Shown here in pieces: positions 28,384 to 38,717 of a stretch of DNA of 64,000 bases. Source of the stretch: Spirochaetota bacterium (GTDB lineage: Bacteria > Spirochaetota > UBA4802 > UBA5550); the NCBI GenBank assembly GCA_963663865.1, contig OY760686.1:1760001-1824000 (forward strand). Direction: 5' to 3'. The notes under the pieces are model-generated. The model worked only from the letters and a program-made list of their open reading frames with translations, searched no databases and was not told the origin of the DNA. Numbering within the stretch: the stretch's first letter is position 1; every line of letters begins with the position of its first letter. Made by a program: the position numbers and the translations under genes.

Positions 28384-30138
28384 ATGAAGAACATATTAAT
28401 GGTTTACCCGGAATTTCCGACTACATATTGGAGCATGAAGTACTCACTCCCGTTTATCAGGAAAAAGGCTGCGACTATTCCACTGGGGCTATTAACCGTA
28501 GCGGCGCTTTTACCGGATGATTATTCAGTTAAGCTGATAGATATGAATGTTAACGAACTCAAAAAGACGGATATTCTGGAAGCGGATTTGGTTTTTATAT
28601 CCGCTATGATTGCTCAGAAATCTTCTTTTGATAGTGTTGTAGCGCTATGTAACCAGATGAATGTACCCGTTGTTGCTGGAGGTCCATATCCAACCTCATC
28701 TTTTGAAAAAATTACCGGTGTTAATCATTTTGTACTCAACGAAGCTGAGATTACGCTGCCTCCTTTTATTAAAGATTATGAGGAGGGAAGAGCGGCAGGT
28801 GTGTACATGAATACAGAAAAACCGGATATCAGAAAAACACCTCCGCCTCGCTTCGATTTAATAGATTTCAGCAACTACAACAATATTGCTCTCCAATACT
28901 CCAGAGGATGTCCGTTTAACTGTGAATTTTGTGATATTATTGAGTTGTTTGGAAGGACTCCAAGGTTTAAAGATACTGATCAATTCATCCATGAAATGGA
29001 TCTGGTCTACAGGCATGGATTCAGAGGCTCGCTTTTTGTTGTGGATGATAACTTTATTGGCAACAATAAAAAGGTTAAGGATTTGCTTGGTGCTATAATT
29101 GCCTGGCAGCGGGAAAACAACTATCCATTTTCTCTTTTTACAGAGGCGAGTATCAATCTTGCGGAGGATGATGAATTGTTGAGCCTCATGGCCGAAGCAG
29201 GATTTGATATGGTTTTTGTGGGGATAGAAACTCCTGATAAAGAATCCTTAAAGAACTGCGGGAAAAATCAGAATCTGAAGGTTGATCTAATGGAGAGTGT
29301 AGAGAAAATCCAGAGAGCGGGGATTGAAGTGACCGGGGGATTTATAGTAGGGTTTGATGATGACACTTCAGACATTTATGACAGACAGATTGCGTTCATT
29401 CAGAGAGCCGGCATTTCGATGGCAATGGTCGGGATACTGGGAGCACTTCCGAATACTCAGCTCTACAGACGTCTTATGAAAGAGGGAAGGATAAAAACAG
29501 ATAATCCATTTTCAGGAAATAATACCCATAATCTCCAGATGAGCTTCACGCCTGTCATGTCCGAAAAATCCATAATTGAGGGTTATAAGAAAATACTATC
29601 TGAAATATACAGCCCTGGAAATTACTTTGATCGGTGCTATACTCTTCTCGAACGGTTACCTGCAGACAAATCAAAAGCAGTAAGGCGTGTAAAGGCAGTT
29701 CAGATAAGAGCGTTATTTCTTTCACTCATAAAACAGACATTTTCTTCATATTCACTGAGTTATCTCAGGTTCCTCTTGCGCGTCATTGTCCATCAAAAAA
29801 AGCATTTTGTGTTGGCAATAGAACATGCTATAAAGGGTTATCACTTTTTTGTTATTACTAAAAACATTATCAAGGCCGATGAGCTGTCATCAGTATTTGA
29901 AAATGCAAAAAAAACAATAAAAGACTCTTTTGAATCAATTATTTCAAACAGCGCTGTCCAGGTTGGCGGATTGATAAAAGAATTCAGGTATCTGGAGAAG
30001 ATTAAAAATAAACTTGAGAGAAAATATCGTCGTCTGAATATTGATATTCAACAGAATCTTCATGATGAATTTCAGGAGTTTATAAATACTTTTAATTACT
30101 ATTTATCCAGAATGGATAAAGTGATGAGTTTTCAATAA
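28384..30138 (+). CDS. Cobalamin-binding radical SAM protein (DUF4070 type)
   Basis: B12-binding N-terminus 'PLGLLTVAALLP' and 'VAGGPY'. 'SRGCPFNCEFCDI', 'VDDNFIGN', 'VFVGIETP', 'GFIVGFD'. Confidence 0.9.
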   Translation: MKNILMVYPEFPTTYWSMKYSLPFIRKKAATIPLGLLTVAALLPDDYSVKLIDMNVNELKKTDILEADLVFISAMIAQKSSFDSVVALCNQMNVPVVAGGPYPTSSFEKITGVNHFVLNEAEITLPPFIKDYEEGRAAGVYMNTEKPDIRKTPPPRFDLIDFSNYNNIALQYSRGCPFNCEFCDIIELFGRTPRFKDTDQFIHEMDLVYRHGFRGSLFVVDDNFIGNNKKVKDLLGAIIAWQRENNYPFSLFTEASINLAEDDELLSLMAEAGFDMVFVGIETPDKESLKNCGKNQNLKVDLMESVEKIQRAGIEVTGGFIVGFDDDTSDIYDRQIAFIQRAGISMAMVGILGALPNTQLYRRLMKEGRIKTDNPFSGNNTHNLQMSFTPVMSEKSIIEGYKKILSEIYSPGNYFDRCYTLLERLPADKSKAVRRVKAVQIRALFLSLIKQTFSSYSLSYLRFLLRVIVHQKKHFVLAIEHAIKGYHFFVITKNIIKADELSSVFENAKKTIKDSFESIISNSAVQVGGLIKEFRYLEKIKNKLERKYRRLNIDIQQNLHDEFQEFINTFNYYLSRMDKVMSFQ

Positions 30139-30206
30139 ACCATGATTTTACAGGGACAGTCAGTACTCCTTTTGCAAAATGATCTGAGAGGTTATGTCTG
30201 ACATTT

Positions 30207-31826
30207 TCACTTCAGCTCCCCGATTTTTATAAGCAAAGTGGCCTCATAGGGTTGAAGCTGAAAGTACAATGCTGAAAGGTGACAGTTTACATGCCTGTGA
30301 GTTGACAGCAATACCTTCCACTGGGCCTTCCTGTTCAGTCTGACCTCTTTTTTACGGGAAGTGAAGTTAAGGACGACAAGGACAGACTCCTCGCCGTTTT
30401 TTCTGAAGTAAGCAAGAACGCCCCTCCTGCCTTTCAATACGGGTTTCCATTCTCCCATGTAAAGGGCTCTGTGTTTTTTTCTTGCGGCTATAAGCCTTTT
30501 ATACCAGTTGAGAAGTGAGTATGAGTCCTTCAATTGCGAGCTGACATTGGCCTTCCTGTAGTCGGAGCCGATAGGCAGCCACATTTTGCCGTTTGTGAAG
30601 CCTGCGCTTTTTCCGCCATTCCATTGCATCGGGCTGCGGGCCTGGTCTCGTCCTGAGTAAAAAGGCCAGAAGCGTTTCCCCAGCGGGTCCTGTATGTTTT
30701 TTCTGGACAGCTTTACGTTCTTCATTCCTGTCTCTTCGCCGTAGTAAACGAAGGGCGTTCCTTTCAGTGTCAGGAGAAGGGCTGCCGCAACATAGGCCCT
30801 TTTATCGGCATCCTTTCCGTTGCCTAGCCTGCTTATGCTGCGCGACTGGTCATGATTGGACAGGACATGGCAGGGCCAGCCTTTTTCCGGAATAGACTTC
30901 ATCCACCTCTTGATTGCGCGATAATAACGTCTCGCGTTCCATAACCGGTAAATAAGGGAAAAGTCAAATGCCAGATGGAGCTCATCCTCCCCATTTCCAA
31001 GAAAACGGGCAGACAGATTCGGATTGCCGGGCGGTAGAGTGAAAACCTCACCAACTGAAAATCTGTCAGGATAGCTGTTGAGCAGTGTACGTAAATCCCT
31101 TAATATCTCATGGTTTTCCGGCCTGTTGCGGTCATAGATGTGCTTTTGTATATAGTCGAAGAATAGAATACAGGGATTGTTTCTGAACAGGCGGTCTTTA
31201 ACGAACCAGTTGACCACATCCAGACGAAAGCCGTCAACCCCCCGGTCGAGCCAGAAACGGACCTCATCAAATACCGCTTCTTTGACCTGAGGATTAAGCC
31301 AGTTGATGTCAGGCTGCTCGGGCAGAAACGAGTGCAAGTAATACTGCGAGGTGTGCTCATCCCATTCCCATGCCGAACCGCCGAAAGAAGACCGCCAGTT
31401 ATTCGGCCTCTTCCTGCGATGACCATCTCTCCAGATGTACCAGTCCCGCTTCGGGTTTTTTTTCGATGAACGTGAAGCTAAAAACCACGGGTGAAGGTGA
31501 GAAGTATGATTGATTACCAGATCCAGAATGACACGGATATCTCTTTTATGCGCCTCATCTACCAGATGGTCAAAATCACCCTGTGAGCCGAATACAGGAT
31601 CGATATCTCTGTAATCGCTGATGTCGTAACCGAAATCATACATTGGAGAAGTGTTAATCGGAGAAAGCCATACCGCGTCAAATCCCATATCTCTGATATA
31701 GTCAAGTTTCTGAATTATTCCAGGAATATCGCCGATTCCGTCATCATTGGAATCATAGAAGCTTCGGGGGTATATCTGGTAAATAACTCCGTGTTTCCAC
31801 CACACCCAATCGTATTTAGTCTTCAT
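30207..31826 (-). CDS. GH13 alpha-glucosidase / oligo-1,6-glucosidase
   Basis: 'YQIYPRSFYDSN', 'GYDISDY', 'DLVINHTS', nucleophile 'DGFRLDVVN', 'VGEV', 'LSNHD', 'RDQARSPMQW'. Confidence 0.93.
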   Translation of the reverse strand: MKTKYDWVWWKHGVIYQIYPRSFYDSNDDGIGDIPGIIQKLDYIRDMGFDAVWLSPINTSPMYDFGYDISDYRDIDPVFGSQGDFDHLVDEAHKRDIRVILDLVINHTSHLHPWFLASRSSKKNPKRDWYIWRDGHRRKRPNNWRSSFGGSAWEWDEHTSQYYLHSFLPEQPDINWLNPQVKEAVFDEVRFWLDRGVDGFRLDVVNWFVKDRLFRNNPCILFFDYIQKHIYDRNRPENHEILRDLRTLLNSYPDRFSVGEVFTLPPGNPNLSARFLGNGEDELHLAFDFSLIYRLWNARRYYRAIKRWMKSIPEKGWPCHVLSNHDQSRSISRLGNGKDADKRAYVAAALLLTLKGTPFVYYGEETGMKNVKLSRKNIQDPLGKRFWPFYSGRDQARSPMQWNGGKSAGFTNGKMWLPIGSDYRKANVSSQLKDSYSLLNWYKRLIAARKKHRALYMGEWKPVLKGRRGVLAYFRKNGEESVLVVLNFTSRKKEVRLNRKAQWKVLLSTHRHVNCHLSALYFQLQPYEATLLIKIGELK

Positions 31827-32133
31827 TATTTATCATTACAGCGTGAGTATTTCATATCATCTGTGTAATATTTCTTGATGCTTGGCGTTTCAATAACATT
31901 CTTACATTTAAAGATATGTCTGTAAGGATGAAATAAATAAAATATTTGGATTTTGTTACTTTGTTAATATGAGTATTTTTCATTGACCCATGTGTTTTTA
32001 CATATGATTTAAAATTGCGACAGTAATTGATTTTGTGAGATGGAATCCAGGAATAGTTATAATGAGCTTGACGAAATGACAGGCAATGTTTTAAAAAAGT
32101 GTTCTGAAAGCCCACAAAGGAAAATGCTGATTA

Positions 32134-33237
32134 TTGATGCTAACTGAATCTTATGTATCCAGGATATTTTTTGTATTTTCAATAATATTTTTCTTTTATG
32201 CGCTAATGCAGCTTTTGAACAGGGCAAAGCATACTGTACATTTCCTTAAATCGTTGTTGTTCTTTTCGATAGGGTATGAATATCTGTTCTCATGGTTGGA
32301 CCTGACAGGAATTTATAAAACCTCCTTATGTTTTCTGAATTACACTGATAGCAGTTTTATCTTTCTGATTGGCCCCGTTATGTATTTTTACTTCTTGAGT
32401 ATCACAGGAAATAAAAATGTCCGACCCGGCAATATTCTTCTTCACGAGATTCCATTTCTAATTTCTTTTATCGTCACAGTCCTGATAAACATATATCAAC
32501 CAGACACATTTCATTTCGAAACAGACTCTTCATTGTTTTATTTAAATGAGACAAAAGATTATGCTCTTAGCTTCCTGATTGTTGTGCCATATTTTTCACT
32601 TTTTTTATACCTCATCCTTGCACTTCGAAAGATTTATTACTTTTTTGGAATAAAGATGAAGTCCCGTGAAATACAGACGATTCTTTTCTTTTTGGCCTTT
32701 TCAATTCTGGCTACTCCTTTTATGCTTCTGGGGCATATTATTGGATCTGATTTACTAATCTATTCGGGAATGGTTTTTTTCTCGATGGTTATATTCTTAT
32801 TTGTAATATTTTCAATACGATATCCGGAATATACTGTTCAGGTGATCAGGGAGTCGAGAAAACTGAGTTACAAACACAATATAGAAGCTGGAGTTAAAGA
32901 TTCTATTGTCGCTGATAGGCTCGTTGAGTTGATGGAGACAGAGAAACTATTTCAAGATGAATCTCTTTCATTAAAAAAATTAAGTGAACACTTGATGGTT
33001 ACTCATCATGAGTTATCACGGATTATAAATGATGTCTTCAAACTAAATTTTTATAATCTGGTTAACAGCTACCGAATAAAAGAAGCACATAAAATATTTA
33101 TGGAAAAACCCGATAAAGCAATTATCGAGGTGGTGTTTGAAACAGGTTTTAGCACAAAAGCCTGTTTCTACAGCAACTTTGTCAAGTTTACTGGAATCTC
33201 CCCTGGTGAATTTCGTAAAAATTGCAGTATCCTCTGA
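32134..33237 (+). CDS. AraC-family transcriptional regulator with N-terminal multi-pass membrane domain
   Basis: About 7 hydrophobic segments, then AraC HTH 'SLSLKKLS...HELSRIIN...NFYNLVNSYRIKEA...GFSTKACFYSNFVKFTGISPGEFR'. Confidence 0.92.
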   Translation: MMLTESYVSRIFFVFSIIFFFYALMQLLNRAKHTVHFLKSLLFFSIGYEYLFSWLDLTGIYKTSLCFLNYTDSSFIFLIGPVMYFYFLSITGNKNVRPGNILLHEIPFLISFIVTVLINIYQPDTFHFETDSSLFYLNETKDYALSFLIVVPYFSLFLYLILALRKIYYFFGIKMKSREIQTILFFLAFSILATPFMLLGHIIGSDLLIYSGMVFFSMVIFLFVIFSIRYPEYTVQVIRESRKLSYKHNIEAGVKDSIVADRLVELMETEKLFQDESLSLKKLSEHLMVTHHELSRIINDVFKLNFYNLVNSYRIKEAHKIFMEKPDKAIIEVVFETGFSTKACFYSNFVKFTGISPGEFRKNCSIL

Positions 33238-33242
33238 AAATT

Positions 33243-33268
33243 GTTCAAACTTTATAAGGTTGGACGAC
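33243..33268. promoter_or_regulatory. Imperfect palindrome, candidate AraC operator
   Basis: GTTCAAAC-TTTATAAG-GTTGGAC-GAC, 5 nt after the AraC stop and about 70 nt before the next gene. Confidence 0.4.
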
Positions 33269-33338
33269 AAGACATATTCATTTTTATAAATTGAATATAC
33301 TCATAGAGTATGTACTAATTTATAAAATGGAGAAAGTT

Positions 33339-35807
33339 ATGCGAATGAAATATTATTCAGCTTTTGTTTTACTCGTTATTATGATGTTAGGCAGTTGTTC
33401 AGGTTCGGGAGATGATAGGTCTAATGATTTGATTTCATACAGTTCAGAAGAAAATGAAAAAGTTTTAAATCAGCTGGGTATTGACACCGACCCTGGTGAC
33501 AGAATAGGCGTAAGTGGTCGAGCTTTGAGTGAAAAAGACAATCCATTGGGAAGCATGATCACAAATATTCAGAAAACTGATGAAATATTTCTGACATCAA
33601 CAGGTAATCAGTTTAATTTATTTGAAAGAAATACTGATTCAATTACAGAAAAGACAACATTTGGTAATGTTGATGATATTGCCCAGTCAGCAAACTGTTT
33701 TCGGCAAACTGTCGCAGCTGACATTGATGGTAATGGAAAGGAAGAAATTATTATTGCTGTTTTCTCAAATTCTCCAAATACGATTTCTTTGTATGAGTTG
33801 ACTGATGGGTCAGCTCAAAATATAGAATTCAAGTCATCTGTTTCATGGAATACTTCAGCGTCATACTCTGATGCACGCGACTGGTACCATAAAATTGATC
33901 TTGATTCAGCTGATCTTGATGGTGACGAAAAAGATGAAATAGTTATTACTGCTGAAAGTAATTTGTATGTTTTTGATAATGATTTTACTCAGGTAAACCT
34001 TAATATTGACACTTTCCCTCCTCTCGAAGGATCTACCAGTCAATGCCTCAGGGTTGAATGTGACGATCTTGATAAAGATGGATGTGCTGAGTTGATTTTT
34101 GTAAATGGAGATTATGCAGATAATCTTACAGCATTGATTTCAGTCTATTCATATAGTGAAGGTATACTCAATCTGTTGATTGATTCGGTACCTGCTGCCG
34201 TTGCTTCAATCTCCCTGAGGGCCGCAGATGTTAAAACAGGCGATGTCGATGGTGATTATTTGCCCGAGCTGGTATTTGCAGGAATAGACAACAGTTCGAG
34301 TGATCTGATAACATTTATAATGGACGTTGAATCGAATGAAGGAACTGTTAGTGGAACAATCCTTGATTCGTATGGCACTGATGACCTTAACAGTCAGACG
34401 AGGCTGGATCAGATCGGCAATGGTTGGTGGCCTGCAAGGGACAATGATTGTAAAATACCCATTTTGGCTGTTGGTGATCTTGATCATGATGGAAAAGATG
34501 AAATTGTTTCAAATGACGATATCTGGTCGTATAACCCTGATGTGAAGCAAATGGATTATGCGTACGATACTTCGAGTAATGAAATACTTCGCCAGGCTCT
34601 TCCGCAGGAGTATATGCCGGGAATACTGGGGATATGGGGGGTTAGACCAACAGATACGGCATGGTTTAATCAGGTCGCAATTGGTGATATCAACGGAGAT
34701 GGTCCGAAGGAAATAGTCGTACTTGACTACACCAGAGACAATTTACGAATATTCTCATACGATTCCAGGGAAGGCAAGGTTGTCAGGGGGGATGATGTCC
34801 AGTATACTACACTCTCAGATTATCCGACGCTGTCACTGGCTGATGTGGATAATGACAGTATGATTCTTGAATACATCGGGCATAAGCTTATATTTTCGAC
34901 ACCTCAGATTACAGCTGTTCTTGTTTCTCCCCCATACCATGCTGATAAGGACCAGAACATTGATAACTCGTACACTCGATACGGTAAGGTTACTTCTGTT
35001 TCGGCAGGTGTAAGCGGTACAATCGCTTATTCAATCGGTGTATCGGGTGGTATTTCTGCCGAAGTGCCGGTAATCTCAAATGGATCTGTTGAGATAAAGG
35101 CAACTGTAAGAGACACCTATGAATTCTGTGCAGATGCAGAAACTTCAGCAGATCTGTCTATAGCCTATGATTCGTATGCTGGTGAGAATAGTGTGGTTTT
35201 TACAGCTGTTCCTATAGATTGCTATATGTATGAGGTTGTAAATAAAGGTGATTATACTGAAGATGTTTCTTTGGGAGATATTTATTATATCACCGAACAT
35301 CGATCAACCAGGCTTTGTTTTACAAGTGTTGAATTTTTTAACGAGAATAATGGCGATTATGATGATATTGATGATTCTATTCTGATTCACTCTGTGGGAG
35401 ATCCGTCTTCCTACTCGAAACTATCAGAAGCGACAAAAAAGGTCAATCTTGATATAACCCAGGCACTGCTCATGAATAGCAATAGTGGCAACGTTGCTGA
35501 AGGGAACAAATATACTACTATGACATACGAGACATCAAATACTATAGGCGGTTCTTTTACATATGAATCTGAAGTCTCTCTCGAAACACAGGCTTCGTTC
35601 ATTGCGCTTATTGGTAGTGAAAGAACAGTAAGCGTTGGTCTTACACTGTCTTCCTCTGCCAGCAGTGGTACCTGTATCGAAGGCTCTGTTGGCGGATTAA
35701 ATGGCTCCGATTACAAGGCCGGCAATCTCTTTGCATGGGGCATTTATTCATACGTGGCTTCTTTGTCAGGTAATAAGTTCACTGTGGTAGATTACTGGGT
35801 GGATTAG
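33339..35807 (+). CDS. FG-GAP/VCBS-repeat lipoprotein with Ser/Thr-rich beta C-terminal domain
   Basis: GGAG RBS before ATG 33339. Lipobox 'MMLGSC'. Repeats ADIDGNGKEE, ADLDGDEKDE, DDLDKDGCAE, GDVDGDYLPE, GDLDHDGKDE, GDINGDGPKE, ADVDND. Confidence 0.85.
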   Translation: MRMKYYSAFVLLVIMMLGSCSGSGDDRSNDLISYSSEENEKVLNQLGIDTDPGDRIGVSGRALSEKDNPLGSMITNIQKTDEIFLTSTGNQFNLFERNTDSITEKTTFGNVDDIAQSANCFRQTVAADIDGNGKEEIIIAVFSNSPNTISLYELTDGSAQNIEFKSSVSWNTSASYSDARDWYHKIDLDSADLDGDEKDEIVITAESNLYVFDNDFTQVNLNIDTFPPLEGSTSQCLRVECDDLDKDGCAELIFVNGDYADNLTALISVYSYSEGILNLLIDSVPAAVASISLRAADVKTGDVDGDYLPELVFAGIDNSSSDLITFIMDVESNEGTVSGTILDSYGTDDLNSQTRLDQIGNGWWPARDNDCKIPILAVGDLDHDGKDEIVSNDDIWSYNPDVKQMDYAYDTSSNEILRQALPQEYMPGILGIWGVRPTDTAWFNQVAIGDINGDGPKEIVVLDYTRDNLRIFSYDSREGKVVRGDDVQYTTLSDYPTLSLADVDNDSMILEYIGHKLIFSTPQITAVLVSPPYHADKDQNIDNSYTRYGKVTSVSAGVSGTIAYSIGVSGGISAEVPVISNGSVEIKATVRDTYEFCADAETSADLSIAYDSYAGENSVVFTAVPIDCYMYEVVNKGDYTEDVSLGDIYYITEHRSTRLCFTSVEFFNENNGDYDDIDDSILIHSVGDPSSYSKLSEATKKVNLDITQALLMNSNSGNVAEGNKYTTMTYETSNTIGGSFTYESEVSLETQASFIALIGSERTVSVGLTLSSSASSGTCIEGSVGGLNGSDYKAGNLFAWGIYSYVASLSGNKFTVVDYWVD

Positions 35808-36016
35808 TGATGTTATTGTATTATTGAATTTGGCGAATAACAATAATACATCCTTTTGGCTGTTGTTTTGCCAACGGCCTTGCCGGTATTACTTATGCAC
35901 ACGGCCTGTTAATCGTAAAAAATATTCTTGAAAAAAGGAGCAGATAATTGCGTATGAATCAATAAAGAATTATAGTATATACAATTTATTGATTACATAT
36001 TGTCAAAGGAACGAAA

Positions 36017-37210
36017 ATGCGAATAGGAACTCCACTCTCCGAATCTGCTACAAAGGTGATGCTGCTGGGCAGCGGCGAATTGGCCAAAGAGGTTGTAATC
36101 GCGCTTCAGAGACTGGGCGTGGAGGTCACGGCCGTTGACCGCTACCCCAACGCTCCGGGAATGCAGGTGGCGCATCATTCGTACACGATAGACATGTCTG
36201 ATCACACCGAGCTTCGCGCGCTGATAGAAAAAACGAAGCCGCATATAATTGTCCCTGAGATAGAGGCCATTGCCACTGAGGAGCTGCTGAAGATCGAACA
36301 GGAGGGTATTGCCGAGGTTATTCCAACGGCGAGAGCTGTTAATCTTACAATGAACCGTGAGGGTATAAGAAGGCTTGCCGCCGAGGAACTCGGGCTTCCG
36401 ACATCACGATACAGGTTTGCCGGAAGCAGGGAAGAGCTTGCGGAGGTTGTGAAAGCAATCGGTTTCCCCTGCTTTGTAAAGCCGGTCATGTCATCTTCCG
36501 GCAAGGGGCAGTCGCGTATCGACTCTGCCGACGAGGTCGATGCCGCCTGGGATTACGCTGCCAGGGGAGGCAGGGTTGACAGCGGAATGGTCATCGTTGA
36601 AGAGATGATTCACTTTGATTACGAAATCACCCAGCTTACAGTTAGGGCTGTAGGAACTTCCGGCTCTGTTGAGACCTTCTTCTGCGAGCCGGTAGGACAT
36701 GTGCAGGTCAACGGCGACTATGTCGAGAGCTGGCAGCCGATGGAGATGAGTCAAACTGCTAAATTTAGGGCGAGGGATATAGCCGGAAGAATAACCGCCG
36801 CTCTCGGAGGCAGGGGTATCTTCGGTGTTGAGCTCTTTGTGAGGGGCGATGAAGTTTTCTTCTCTGAGGTCAGCCCCCGTCCTCACGATACGGGGCTTGT
36901 TACTATGGCCACTCAGAGGTACAGCGAGTTCGATCTTCACGCGAGGGCGATACTTGGACTGCCGGTTGACGCTTCTATGAGGACGCCGGGCGCGAGCGCT
37001 GTTATTTATGGGGGGATAGAGTCTGAAGGAATTGCGTTTGAGGGTGTCGGGGAAGCACTGTCTGTTCCCGGGACCGACATCAGGCTTTTTGGAAAGCCAC
37101 GGTCTTTTGTTAAACGGAGGATGGGCGTAATCGTAGCGGAAGCTGACAGTGCTGAAGAGGCGAGGGAAAGAGCTAAAAAGGCGGCGTCGCTTGTGAGGCC
37201 GGTCAGTTAG
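36017..37210 (+). CDS. purT: Formate-dependent phosphoribosylglycinamide formyltransferase
   Basis: '[22 protein letters not shown]', 'PEIEAIAT', '[12 protein letters not shown]', '[10 protein letters not shown]', 'RLFGKP...RRMGV'. Confidence 0.97.
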   Translation: MRIGTPLSESATKVMLLGSGELAKEVVIALQRLGVEVTAVDRYPNAPGMQVAHHSYTIDMSDHTELRALIEKTKPHIIVPEIEAIATEELLKIEQEGIAEVIPTARAVNLTMNREGIRRLAAEELGLPTSRYRFAGSREELAEVVKAIGFPCFVKPVMSSSGKGQSRIDSADEVDAAWDYAARGGRVDSGMVIVEEMIHFDYEITQLTVRAVGTSGSVETFFCEPVGHVQVNGDYVESWQPMEMSQTAKFRARDIAGRITAALGGRGIFGVELFVRGDEVFFSEVSPRPHDTGLVTMATQRYSEFDLHARAILGLPVDASMRTPGASAVIYGGIESEGIAFEGVGEALSVPGTDIRLFGKPRSFVKRRMGVIVAEADSAEEARERAKKAASLVRPVS

Positions 37211-37920
37211 CGTTTTTTCCCAAATATCAGCTTGCCTTCTTTCATGTCCCAGTTGAGATCAATCTCTTTGAAAGATATGCTTTCGATCAGCTTCCCGGCC
37301 GCTTTTTTGAGCTCTTCAGGGGGCTCGCCCGAATGGAGTACTGTTGTATTGAACAGGACAGTTGATATTGAGGCTTTGACTGTTGTTCCGTAGCGGGGCA
37401 GTGCGTAGCTTATCTGCAGCTTCGAAAGATGTTCTTCCTTGAGAAGCGGGCTGATATTCTTCAGACTGATACTGCTGAAAAAATCACGCCAGCTCAGCTT
37501 TGGAAGTATTTTTGATGTAACGTCATTCCAGCGCTCCCCATCAAGAAAATAGAACCTGAGCTTTGAGTTGACACCGATTCCGTCGTGTTCGGTCGTATTG
37601 GCGGCGATATACCTCGTTTTGTTCGCGTCAATAAATATCGCCATTTCGTGAATGACCGTTCCCCCTCCGGTGCCTTCGTCGGTTATGTTCAGCCAGCCGT
37701 TTTTAAAGTCAATGGTTGGAGTGAGTTCGTAGTCAGCCGACGATTGTGTGATGAACTTTCCCCCTTTATTTTCGATTTTGAATTTGGAAGGATATTCAGA
37801 GCTTATGGAAATAAGCTTCGCGGGTATCATTTGATAATAGTCGAGCACGGAAAGGTTCTTAGCGTTTGAACCTGCCGGGGCCAGTGCTATCAGTGTTAAA
37901 AGAAGTGCTGTCCTTTTCAT
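37207..37920 (-). CDS. Secreted hypothetical protein
   Basis: Signal peptide '[20 protein letters not shown]'. '[10 protein letters not shown]', '[10 protein letters not shown]', '[10 protein letters not shown]'. AGGAGG RBS. Confidence 0.7.
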   Translation of the reverse strand: MKRTALLLTLIALAPAGSNAKNLSVLDYYQMIPAKLISISSEYPSKFKIENKGGKFITQSSADYELTPTIDFKNGWLNITDEGTGGGTVIHEMAIFIDANKTRYIAANTTEHDGIGVNSKLRFYFLDGERWNDVTSKILPKLSWRDFFSSISLKNISPLLKEEHLSKLQISYALPRYGTTVKASISTVLFNTTVLHSGEPPEELKKAAGKLIESISFKEIDLNWDMKEGKLIFGKKR

Positions 37921-37952
37921 GTCAATCCTCCTGAATAGTTGAATAATTGAGT

Positions 37953-38717
37953 CTATATGACCGAATAACTTCGAGAACCCGATTTCTTTACCATGATTTT
38001 GCTTCCGAAGAGATCAGATAAAACCTCGTCTGTCAAACCCTTATCAATTTCTCCGCTGAAGAAGGTCTTCCCGTCTTTGAGTATCATTATTTTTTTGAAT
38101 AGAGGGGTTATTTCTTCGATGTGATGCGTCACGTAGATTATCTCTACTCCGGTATGCTCATGAAGGCTGTCAAGCAGGTGAAGGAGCTCTTCGCGTGAAG
38201 AAATGTCCAGACCCGTTGCGGCCTCATCCAGGATAAGAAGTCTCGGATTTCTAATCGTAGCCCTCAGGATGAGGCATTTCTGCCTTTCACCGTCAGAGAG
38301 TGTGCCGAAAAGGCGTCCGGCCATTTCCGACATCCCAAAGGTCTTCAGAAATTCTAAGGCCTTTTCTCTTTCGTCCTCTCCTGGAACGGAGTAGGGGCCC
38401 AGATTGGCTGAAAAGCCGCTTGCAGTAATGTCGAGCACTGATTCTCTTGATCCGACCATCTCCTTGAGGAATGTGCCGACATATCCGATGTCCTTTCTGA
38501 CCTCGCGTATGTCGGCGCCGTATTCAATGCCGAAGCGTTTGACTCTTCCTGCGCTCGGGTAAAGGTAGCCGGAGATGATCTGCAGCAGCTTTGACTTGCC
38601 GCTTCCGTTTCTGCCGAAAAGCACCCAGCTCTCTGAAGGCGATATCCTCCAGTTGATTTTTGATAAAAGCGTACTGCCGTCAGGTAGCGAATATGATACA
38701 TCCTCAAGCTCTATCAT
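37953..38717 (-). CDS. ABC ATP-binding protein (ModF/YlmA-like)
   Basis: Walker A 'GRNGSGKS', signature 'LSDGERQK', Walker B 'LLILDE', 'YVTHHIEEI'. Confidence 0.9.
   Translation of the reverse strand: MIELEDVSYSLPDGSTLLSKINWRISPSESWVLFGRNGSGKSKLLQIISGYLYPSAGRVKRFGIEYGADIREVRKDIGYVGTFLKEMVGSRESVLDITASGFSANLGPYSVPGEDEREKALEFLKTFGMSEMAGRLFGTLSDGERQKCLILRATIRNPRLLILDEAATGLDISSREELLHLLDSLHEHTGVEIIYVTHHIEEITPLFKKIMILKDGKTFFSGEIDKGLTDEVLSDLFGSKIMVKKSGSRSYSVI

Noticed and set aside
35810-36016. ZTP or purine riboswitch upstream of purT
   Set aside because: Conserved core motifs of those aptamers are not present.
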